Source of the DNA: Eledone cirrhosa | Lineage: Eukaryota | Length of the DNA: 64,000 bases | Direction of reading: 5' to 3' | Assembly: GCA_964016885.1 (NCBI GenBank) | Contig: OZ024749.1 | Location: 16,802,001 to 16,866,000 of the forward strand | Part shown: positions 40,221 through 50,767 of the stretch, one piece after another | Numbering within the stretch: the stretch's first letter is position 1 | How the letters are laid out: every line of letters starts with the position of its first letter | The notes under the pieces: model-generated | Told to the model about the DNA's origin: nothing | Databases searched by the model: none | The model's input: only the letters and a program-made list of their open reading frames with translations | Position numbers and translations under genes: made by a program

Positions 40221-40934
40221 ATAGATATAACACAGCGAAATATAGAGTCCAAGTGAAAATATAAGACAACATATAATCTAATAAGAAGGTTAAAGAAAAG
40301 AAGGAAAAACAAGTGAAATGAAAGAGAAAGTTGAAAGGAAAAGGTAGAAAAGAATCATTGAAATAATTATTCTACAAAGTGTTCTGTCTCATTTAGAAAG
40401 GGTTTTCTATGTTGGCCAGCTAAAATCTTCCCTCACTCAATTGTATCAAGTTCATTAGTTAATCCCAACTTTCCTGTAAAAAAATTACTGATTTCAACAA
40501 CTTTTTGGCTAAAACCACTAACAAAAACAAATATGTTTGTTTCGAGAGAAGGAGTAAAAACCTCTATGTGGTTACTTGACCTGTTGGAAATAGCAGGTCA
40601 CATACCTTCTTGAATTAGGAAAGGACTGTTTGGTCGGTTGCTTTAAACCTACATAAGTAGATATAATTCAGACTAAGGGTCAGACCTGTAGTAATTGAAT
40701 GAATTTCTCCACAATTTAGCTGTTCATATTATAGATCATCTTGCCTGTGTTGAAATATGAAACCACAGAAGCATCACTCTGGCAGTCTTGATCGTGTTTC
40801 AGTGACACTACATGCTCAAAACATCGGCCAACAGCTCCTACCCAACGACCAACACAACACTCCACCTAATGATAAGAACCTTACAGTTAGCAGCCCGACT
40901 CTCTCTCTTTTTATTTATAACATTATGACGACGG

Positions 40935-41090
40935 TATGATCTGAATTCAAATCCCTCCGAGGTTAACTTTGCCTTTCATCCTTACGGGGTCGATAAAATA
41001 AAGTACCAGTAATGCACTGGGGTTGATTTAATCTACTTTCCCCTCCACCAAATTTGTTGGTCTTATGCCTATATAAGGAACCAATATTAT
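40935..41090 (+). mobile_element. 5'-truncated SINE
   Basis: Homologous to 27235-27354. Confidence 0.75.
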
Positions 41091-41462
41091 CACGACGGTT
41101 ATGTTGACAAATAAACTGTTTATTTAGATTTTAAAAAATTTATTTTAACATTAATTCAGATCAATTATAATAATTTTCTTTAATAGACATTATAATCAAA
41201 CATAATTTAATCATACATTGTAGTTTTTAATAAGTTAATAATTCATTATATGTATATATATAAATAATAAAATATTTTATGTGCATAACTGTCCATCTGT
41301 ATGTATACATGTATGTATAAAAATATATTTACATATATATATACATTTTCAGACGTATACACATAAGAGTATATCTATATCTTTATATATATATATATAT
41401 ACATATAAATATATATATATATACACTTGTAAAATATTTAATGGAATACATATCTATAAATA

Positions 41463-41543
<81 letters not shown>

Positions 41544-41553
<10 letters not shown>

Positions 41554-42395
41554 GATCGAGTATCGAAAAATCGGCGCACGAGTTCACGATAAACAATATT
41601 CGAAATGAGCGGCAGAGGGCTCAATAATTCAGATGAATCAGAGCTATAACTATCGTTAAAATACCGTCACACATAGAACAAGTCTAAAATCAACCATACA
41701 ATAAAAAATCGATAATAGAAGATTCGGGACAAACAGATAAAAAATATCAATAAAACAATACATCAATAATTTAAATGAATGTAAAATCATACCCGGACCC
41801 ACTAGAAAGGTGTTAAATCTAGCTTCTTGGGTTTCTGTAAATCCTTAGACTGTACTCTATCAGCTCACATATAAATATATAAGACTACTAGAGCAAGCGG
41901 AATGGAGTTTACTTCATCAACGAGCTTTTTCCTAGCGGATAAGAGGCTAACTACAAGCGAAATACGCACATGGAATTCGACAAGGGATATAACCTCTACA
42001 TCCGCGAAAATTATTCGAGGAAATGTGGAAATACACATATCGAATAAGAGTGCTCAATAGACATGTTAAAATAAAACAGGAGCTATTCATCACTCAATAG
42101 AATCGACAAAAAATGAGCAATAAAATTAACTGGTGGATAGCTATGTCCAGAGCTAAAAATATTAGAAAGATCGAGTATCGAAAAATCGGCGCACGAGTTC
42201 ACGATAAACAATATTCGAAATGAGCGGCAGAGGGCTCAATAATTCAGATGAATCAGAGCTATAACTATCGTTAAAATACCGTCACACATAGAACAAGTCT
42301 AAAATCAACCATACGATAAAAAATCGATAATAGAAGATTCGGGACAAACAGATAAAAAATATCAATAAAACAATACATCAATAATTTAAATGAAT
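41544..42395 (-). mobile_element. Retrozyme-like ORF-less element: 615-bp unit with 237-bp terminal redundancy
   Basis: 41544-41780 matches 42159-42395 (1 mismatch seen); HHR at 41792-41924; TA-rich flanks. Confidence 0.75.
41792..41924 (-). ncRNA. Type I hammerhead with extended stems II and III
   Basis: ctcg-TTGATGA-a gtaaactcc..ggatttac a-GAAA-CCC..gctaga/tctagt..GGG-TC-cggg. Confidence 0.75.
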
Positions 42396-42489
42396 ATATA
42401 TATTGTGTGTGTCTGTGTGTTTATATATATATGTTTTTCTTTGTATATTAATCATCTTTTAACATATATATGTGTATATAAAATATATA

Positions 42490-42565
42490 CAGGGTCTCCC
42501 CAAAAATGTATACACACTTCAACTACAGTCTATGTAAGTGTGTATACATTTTTGGGGGACATTGT
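42490..42565. mobile_element. ~76-bp Tc1/mariner-type MITE (second copy 44515-44592, part of an inverted duplication)
   Basis: TA|CAGGGT(C/G)TCCC..AAATGTATACAC terminal inverted repeats, TA flanks. Confidence 0.75.
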
Positions 42566-42910
42566 AATATACATATCATTAAACGTGTCTCCTACATGTG
42601 TATAAATAAATACACATGTGTTTTATTAATAATTTTGTGTAGAATCGGTTAAACATGGAAGAAAATGTGGAGACTAAATAAAATTAACGTGTTGGTCACG
42701 TTAATTTAATAATATAACTATATATTAATGAAATATGTCGAAATAAAAGTTGTAATTGTGACAAAAATATAGATTCGGTAGTTTATTATGACCAAGATTG
42801 AATATTTAATGGAATTAAGTGGAATTTATTAGGAAATAAGACAATAAAACAGTGAAATGTTGAGGTTAAAGGAGAGAAAAACAAAATGTCCTCTCTTTAT
42901 AAACTTTAAT

Positions 42911-43090
42911 TGTTTCTACTTTAGGCACAAGGCCAGCAATTACCCAGTGCATTACTGGTACTTTATTTTATCGACCTCGTAAGGATGAAAGGCAAAGTCA
43001 ACCTCGGCGGGATTTGAACCAGATCGTAAAGGGACGTAACTATGCTGGAAAGCATGGCGTCCGACCCTCTACCGATACTGCCAATCCACC
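42911..43090 (-). mobile_element. Full-length SINE with ~21-bp target-site duplication
   Basis: Reverse complement of 27170-27352; cctctctttataaactttaat at 42890-42910 and 43089-43109. Confidence 0.88.
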
Positions 43091-43182
43091 TCTCTTTATA
43101 AACTTTAATGTGGCTGAATTAGTAGCGGCTCAGCTTACTAACCTCAGCTCTCTCATCTTACAAGGGTTCGAATCTCACGTAG

Positions 43183-43473
43183 TTTACTATAGTGCCTACA
43201 GAGTTATCTCCTACTGCTTTTATATAGTATCACTGTTTACTGTAAAGAGGGCGCTACAATCATTTACTCGTGTGAGCAGTCAGGCTTACTAACGCCAGGA
43301 CTAAAGTGTTACATGGTTCCAACATGACTCTCTTTACTATAGTGTCCACAGAGTTATCTCCTACTGCTTTTATATAGTTTCACTGTTTACGCCACAGAGG
43401 GCGCTACAATCATTTACTAGTGTGAGCAGTCCGGCTTACTAACGCCAGGACTAAAGTGTTACATGGTTCCAAC
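43183..43473 (+). repeat. Two ~150-bp tandem copies following a Pol III A/B-box-like head (43110-43178)
   Basis: 43183-43323 is similar to 43333-43473; TGGCTGAATTAG and GGTTCGAATCT boxes. Confidence 0.7.
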
Positions 43474-43710
43474 CGGGCTGGTTCCTTAATTTTTAAAAAG
43501 AGTTATCACCAATAGTCTTTCAGAGTTTCTTAGTTTACTCGAAAGGTGGTGTGGCGATCTGCTTTTAAGAGGAGTAGTAAGAGACAATAATATATGTAAA
43601 GAGGAGGAGTGAGAGAGACAAAAAAACAAAACTGTGTTAATTCTCTCTCCCCCTCTCTTCTTTTACTCTATCTACCTCTTATGTCTTCATTTCACTGTTT
43701 TATTGTATTA

Positions 43711-43800
43711 CTAGCAGTGTATCCCGGCGTTGCACGGATAAGAACATTGGTAATAGCACCTCTAATGAGAAACTTTTATTTCTGAGAGCCTGTTAAAAAC
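43711..43800 (-). mobile_element. Helitron 3'-terminus fragment
   Basis: Minus strand tatccgtgcaacgccgggatacactgCTAG|T. Confidence 0.55.
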
Positions 43801-43805
43801 TCACA

Positions 43806-44042
43806 AACTGGACATGCTCATCGACATCCAGAGTTGACACTGCACTCAGTGCTCCTGTGGGAGCCCCTGCATGGACACACTGGAAGAGGAAGCCTGAGGT
43901 GAACATATGTTGATGCCCTCAGGACAGACACTGGTCTGTTGGAGACGCAGGACATGGCAGTGATAATGAGGGACAGAGACCGCTGGAGAGACCTTGTCCA
44001 TGGATCTCGGGAATTTTACCCGTCCTAGGTGGATAGATAGAT
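43806..44042 (+). mobile_element. 3' fragment of the (GATA)n-tailed RTE family
   Basis: Reverse complement of 30678-30900 with substitutions. Confidence 0.85.
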
Positions 44043-44057
44043 ATATTTTTACGTGTA

Positions 44058-44114
<57 letters not shown>

Positions 44115-44194
44115 GTGTGTGTGTATGTGTTTGTATATGTATGTATATCTATACATATATATAAAAGTGAAATTGTGTGTGTGTGTGTGTGTGT

Positions 44195-44395
44195 CCTCAT
44201 TTTTGCACCGTCAAGGAAGCACCAGAGATGTCGCAGCCTCAGCGCGTGTTTGCGCATCATCAACCGCGGCATGCCAAGCCCTCCACGCAACGGGTGTTGA
44301 CAACAGATGAATCGTCTGTCCACGGGAGCACGTCCCTTTCATAAAAAGTGGAAGAGGAGGCACTCCATTTTTGTCAGAGTTGGGCCGGGGCAATA
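44195..44395 (-). mobile_element. Short L1/Tx1-like LINE fragment
   Basis: ICCQHPLRGGLGMPRL motif resembling the L1/Tx1 post-RT region. Confidence 0.55.
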
Positions 44396-45242
44396 TTTCC
44401 TAATTCCACTTAATTCCATTAAATATTCAATCTTGGTCGAAATAAATATTTTCATCTGTGACGATCTGTACAACCAATAATAGTAGGAGTCACGTTACAT
44501 GATATGTATATATACAGGGTGTCCCTAAAATATGTATACACATTTACATAGACTGTAGTTGAAGTGTGTATACATTTTTGGGGGAGGCCCTGTATATATT
44601 ATATATACACATATATATGTTAACAGATGATTGATATATATATATATATATCTACACTCATATATATATTTATATATATATATATATATAAAGATATATA
44701 TACTCTTACGTTTATACGTCTGAAAATGTATATATGTATGTAAACACATACCTAAACATACATGTATACATATAGATGGACAGTTATACATATACAATAA
44801 CTTATTTCTATACATACATATACCACAAGTAAGGCATGGTGCTGCCAACTAACCAGACCTCCCTCATAATGGACCAGCTAGATCCCAAAATACAGGCCTG
44901 CTAGCCAACACAGTCCCAATAAGTGTAAGTTACAGCGCAGCTATCTGGACAGACTTGTCATTATCGCACTAATCATTATCCCACTACATCTTTTGTATAC
45001 TATATATATACTGTTTATGTATATATATACACACATATAATTGTGTATTGACACATTATCTTAGTAATAAAATGTTTAATAATTTTAGTAAATTGTTCAA
45101 AATTTTTCATTAACCTTTTTGGTAGAAACCCAGCCAAAATTGGTTCTCGTTCTATGGAAATGGTTCCTATCTAAATTAAAGTCTTGCAACGAAATTCTAT
45201 ATAACAACCATATGTTAAGTTACTATGTTAGTAATTAACTAA

Positions 45243-45342
45243 CAAGTGTGATAAATAGCTCAAAATTATTTATAATTAATTGAAATACGAGGTTCATAAT
45301 TATAATAAAATCTTCGAATAAGCTACGAAACCGGTAAACCTG
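45243..45342 (+). ncRNA. Degenerate long-stem-II hammerhead (xTGATAA core)
   Basis: GTGATAA-a TAGCT..ttataatta/taattataa..AGCTA c-GAAA-CCGG-TA; stem I imperfect. Confidence 0.5.
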
Positions 45343-45749
45343 AAAGGCACGCAACACCCACATCGCTTTAGCGTTTCACCAGCACATTTCATCCTCAATC
45401 ATTACAGATATGTGTGTGTATGCAATAATTATTTTGTATTGTGTATCTATTTATGAATATGCATGAGTAGATGTGTAACCCAGTAGATGTGTGTGTATGT
45501 AACACAGTAGATGTATGTGTGTGACACAGATATGTGTGTGTGTGTGTGACTCAGTAGATGTGTGTGTATGTAACATAGTACATGTGTCTGTATGCAACAC
45601 AGTAGATGTATATGTAACTAAAGTGTAACATACGTTAGGAATGGATGACTAAATGATTTTAACTTGTTTTTTAACAATTGATGGTGGAAAAGATTTTAAA
45701 TTGTCTCAACTCAGACCATATTCTTGTGCATTTGTGTGGAAGAAACCGG

Positions 45750-46003
45750 GTTTACGCGGTGATAGCGCGTAATTCATGAACGTATGGTTCGTGAGTTCGA
45801 ATCCCAGACCGGGCGGTCTGTACGTTGGGGACTTGAACAAGACATGTCCCCCAGCTGGCAAAAATAATAAGTTGTACCAGTAATTATAGACTAACGTTGT
45901 TACATAGAATTGGCACACTGAATCTCCCTGAGAACAATGTCGACGGTACACGTGTCAATGAAATACCCAGCCACATTACTACCCAGACCCACAACTACGT
46001 ATA
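45750..46003 (+). mobile_element. tRNA-derived SINE-like element (second family)
   Basis: B-box GAGTTCGAATCC followed by a CORE-like cttgaacaagaca segment. Confidence 0.55.
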
Positions 46004-46927
46004 TATTAGTGACTATCAGAATAGTATATCTAGGACTACATTATCTAATGTACAGTATAGTAGTTAGTATTAGTGGTTATCAGACATAGTGTATCTAGGA
46101 CTACATTATCTAATGTACAGTATAGTCTTTAGTATTACTGGCTATCAGACATAGTGTATCTAGGACTACATTATCTAATGTACAGTATAGTAGTTAGTAT
46201 TACTGGCTATCAGACATAGTATATCTAGGACTACATTATCTAATGTACAGTACAGTAGTTAGTATTAGTGGTTATCAGACATAGTATATCTAGGACTACA
46301 TTATCTAATGTACAGTATAGTCTTTAGTATTACTGGCTATCAGACATAGTGTATCTAGGACTACATTATCTAATGTACAGTATAGTAGTTAGTATCAGTG
46401 GCTATCAGACATAGTGTATCTAGGACTACATTATCTAATGTACAGTATAGTAGTTAGTATTAGTGACTATCAGATATAGTGTATCTAGGACTACATTATC
46501 TAATGTACAGTATAGTAGTTAGTATTAGTGACTAGCAGACATAGTGTATCTAGGACTACATTATCTAATGTACAGTAGTTAGTATTAGTGGTTATCAGAC
46601 ATAGTGAATCTAGGACTATATTATCTAATGTACAGTATAGTAGTTAGTATTAGTGGCTATCAGACATAGTGTATCTAGGACTACATTATCTAATGTACAG
46701 TAGTTAGTATTAGTGGTTATCAGACATAGTGAATCTAGGACTATATTATCTAATGTACAGTATAGTAGTTAGTATTAGTGGTTATCAGAAATAGTGTATC
46801 TAGGACTACATTATCTAGTGTACAGTACAGTAGTTAGTATTATTGGCTATCAGTCATAGTGTATCTAGGATACATTATCTAATGTACAGTAGTTAGTATT
46901 AGTGGTTATCAAACATAGTGTATCTAG
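46004..46927. repeat. Minisatellite, ~14.5 copies of a 65-bp (variant 60-bp) unit
   Basis: tattagtggttatcagacatagtgtatctaggactacattatctaatgtacagtatagtagttag. Confidence 0.97.
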
Positions 46928-46939
46928 TTCATTTCAGCC

Positions 46940-49877
46940 AACCAGTTCATTTATAAAGAACTCAGAAAAAACTACAAAAAAACTAGCACCACCACGCTGA
47001 CATCCTTAAACAACACATCGTGTGATATAGTAAAAAAAACTCCATATTGAGGATAGAACGGAGCCATTCACACCTAAAAGCCCGCACTTCAACCTGAAAG
47101 ACCACAAATCTGCATCGATTCTTACTATTCTTCGATTTCTCCAATTCTCTTAAACAAAGCACTGATTTTCGCCAGAAATAGATCGGATTTATCTACTGTG
47201 GAAATCAACATTATAACTCACGCTAGAAAAACCTTACTAAACTTCCAAGAAGAACACTGGACAAGAAACACAGATAACAACTTACTCGATATAACGATGG
47301 GCTCCATGGACTCTGCTCAAGTTACAGACTTCGTTGGACTATTTCTCCCCTATAATATTCATTCCCCTTTTCCCCACCTCAAAGGTGGTCTATATCGTGA
47401 TGATTGTTTATTGATATCTAACATTCTTAGCAATTCTAATATAGAGAAAAACAAAAAACAAATTAGAAGATTCCTCAAGGACTATTACCACCTTAATATC
47501 ACCTTTGAAAACACCTCAAAAGTAACCAACTTCCTTGACATTACCTTAGACCTCTCTGTAATATTTATCAACCTTACCACAAACCCAACCAGAATCTACA
47601 CTATGTACATTCACGCTCTAACCACCCTGGCTCTATACTCAAAAACTTAGTATACAACATATCTCTTAGACTTTCTAAATTATCTTCCAATGAGGATATA
47701 TTTTATAAAAATGCACCTTTCTACAACGAGGCCTTAACTAGAAGTAGATATAAAAAAAAAATTTCATATATCCCCAGCACTACTATGGACCACACTACAA
47801 AACCTAGCAAAAACTACAAACACCAAAAAGTACCATCGAAACAAATGCCTAATGGGGTCATTCCTATCACACCAAACAACCGAAAAACCACAACAACTAC
47901 ACGATCTATGACCAATGTTATCAACTCACATATGACTACCAAACATTCAAAATCTCATGATCTACCCAATAATAACACCAAATACAACCACTGAAATTTA
48001 CCAAAATCCACAAATTCAAATACTGACCATAGGAACTCTTCTAGAACACAGCACATTATTATAAATGAGAAGAAGAACTTAACTAAAAACCGCAAAAGAA
48101 ACATAACATGTTACAACGCACCCTTCAACCTGCAAACTATTGGACAAATCCCCCCAAAATTCTTCGAAATTCTACATAAACATTTTCCACCAAACCACAG
48201 GTACCACCAAATATTTAACAGGTATACTGTCAAATTCTCATACTCTACATCAGACAATCTCCAACGGAAAATAAGCAACTACAACATTTATAAATTTTAA
48301 AATAATATGACCACACCACCACAACATCATTTAAATAAGACTGCACCTCTTAAAAGGACAAATAATACAATTATTCAACATAGAAAACACAACCACCCAA
48401 ATTACCAACACAAAAACAACATAACACAAAATCACAATACAACCCCAGCACTAAATCACCCACAAAGCAGCACTTATTCTCTCTCTAACATTAATTACAA
48501 TAAGAATAGCTCCAGGATTAATGAGAATTATGTAGGTACCTCTAACAACCATCTTACGTATGGTTGTAATTGCAGAAATAGAAGCGCTTGCCCCTTAAAT
48601 GGCAACTGTTTGATTAATAATGTAATATATAAATGCACTGTGTCTACTACTGACTCCAACAAATCGTATAGAGGATCCTCATCGAACACATTTAAGAAAA
48701 GATATTACGCACACTCCAGTAGCTTTAACAATACTAAACTAGCTAACACCACATCTTTGGCTGAAGCAGTAAATAACTATAAAAAGAAAAAAATAGATTT
48801 AAAACTATCATGGAATACCATTCTACAAAGAACTCCATATCTTGGGAACAGGAGAGAATGCAGATTATGTTCCGGTGAGATCTTGGAAATTACCAATTGT
48901 AAAGACGATTTATTGAATAAACGACAGGAATTGATTATAGTTTGTAATCACCGTATACCAAAAACATTTAAATATTATAAACCTAACTAAACATTCTAAA
49001 TAGCAGCTCACTGTAGCTCTATGTGACAAACCTTTCTATTTATATCCCTTTCTCCTAATTATACGCCTTCCTGTTAATTGTTTAACCTTTTAATTTTTTA
49101 GCTTCCATAGATTCGTGTATTACTGACTATTATATTACATTATATTATATTAATATATTATTGTATTTAATTATCTTATTATAATTTTAATATTTTAATA
49201 TACTATCCTTCCTAATTATGACCATTAACTTATTTATCTATATTTATTCTAGTTATTTCCGTATATCTCATATTTCTTTATTTATATTCACCTAAAACAT
49301 CCTATTCAACACAACTATACATTTTTTTTTTAAATTTTACTCCACCATCTACATTCCGCTATCAACACAATCCCCCTTTCTCTATAAGTAATTCTATTTT
49401 TAACACCATTCAACCTTTCCTTTCAAAAGGTCATGACCTTAGCTAGAGTGAGTTATATTTCGTCTTAACATCATTTGGCAAAACACCATTTGATTGGTTT
49501 ATTCTTCGTATGCCTCCAAATAAGGTCATAGAACGCAATTTACTATTGAATAAAATTCTCATTGCTTTTGACAACGGCTGATAAAATGCACGTAGGTAAA
49601 TATTTTCCTAATTTGATATATTGTAACTAACCTTACATAGATCGATAACGAAATATGCGTACGATGTATTATTATCACCTAAAACGATCGTAAAGCAGTG
49701 AAGTATTTTCCTAATGACTTAAATTTTTATTTCATTGTTTTAACTTATATCATGACTCTGTTTTACTTTTAATGTTTTTTGAATTTCCGGGATTTATTTT
49801 AACCTACAACATTTTCAACATATGGATTACATTGAGTTGTTCATGCAGACCCCATAACTAACTGTGGATATTTCTGT
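46940..49877 (+). mobile_element. Decayed PLE related to 7605-13206
   Basis: ORFs 47198-47650 (ITMGS, GGLYRDD) and 48307-48990 (CNCR..CPL, ends KTFKYYKPN). Confidence 0.9.
49561..49699 (+). ncRNA. Long-stem-II hammerhead homologue (U3-A8 core, G12A)
   Basis: attgctt-TTGACAA-[tgataa/ttatca; aatgca/tgtatt; cgta/tacg]-AAAA-CGATCG-TA-aagcagt. Confidence 0.65.
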
Positions 49878-49895
49878 GTATATATACATATGTAA

Positions 49896-49995
<100 letters not shown>

Positions 49996-50069
49996 GTATA
50001 TATATATATATATATATACATATATATACATATATATATATATATAAATATATACATATATATATATAT

Positions 50070-50150
<81 letters not shown>

Positions 50151-50159
50151 CGTGTATAC

Positions 50160-50190
<31 letters not shown>

Positions 50191-50457
50191 GCGGCGATGA
50201 ATTAGTTTTGCGAGGTTTTTTATATGAAATCGTGTGTCGAAACAGATATTGTTATATTTGGGGAGGGTCATATTTGCGTAATATTGCCAGAATTAATAAC
50301 AGAACACACTCACTGTTTGGTTGGTTTTCGCTTCTCGCTGTCTTTTATATATATATATCTGCGATCTAACTTACTCGGTCCTCAATGTTGCCATTGACTG
50401 ACCGGCGGTCAAAAATAATACAGATACAATATAGACAAACACATATATATATAGTTT

Positions 50458-50500
50458 ACATAAATCTTTCGTTGCACATCTGCAACATCGTCAGTGGTGT
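50458..50500 (-). ncRNA. Type I hammerhead in pLTR
   Basis: CTGACGA-t-GTTGCA gatg TGCAAC-GAAA-GATTTA. Confidence 0.72.
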
Positions 50501-50767
50501 TATATTCATTGTTCCTCCTGTTGTGTTGTATGTCTACGCCATTTTTTTTTGTTCAGTCTGTCTATATATTTATTTATTTATTTGCTTGTTTGTTTATCTT
50601 ATTTTATTTTGTCTTCTTTGCGCATGCGTTTGCGTGTGTGTATAGTGTTATGTGTGATGTGTGACTAGTGTGTATAGTGTTGTGTCTGCTGGGTGACTAG
50701 TGTGTGTTTATGTGCTTGTGTATGTATTTATTTATCTTATTTTATTTAATTTAATTTACTTATTTAT

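Noticed and set aside
43110-43178. Functional tRNA gene
   Set aside because: A/B boxes present, but I could not fold a full cloverleaf
46004-46927. CRISPR-like regular array
   Set aside because: Whole units repeat with no unique spacers, no cas genes, eukaryotic context
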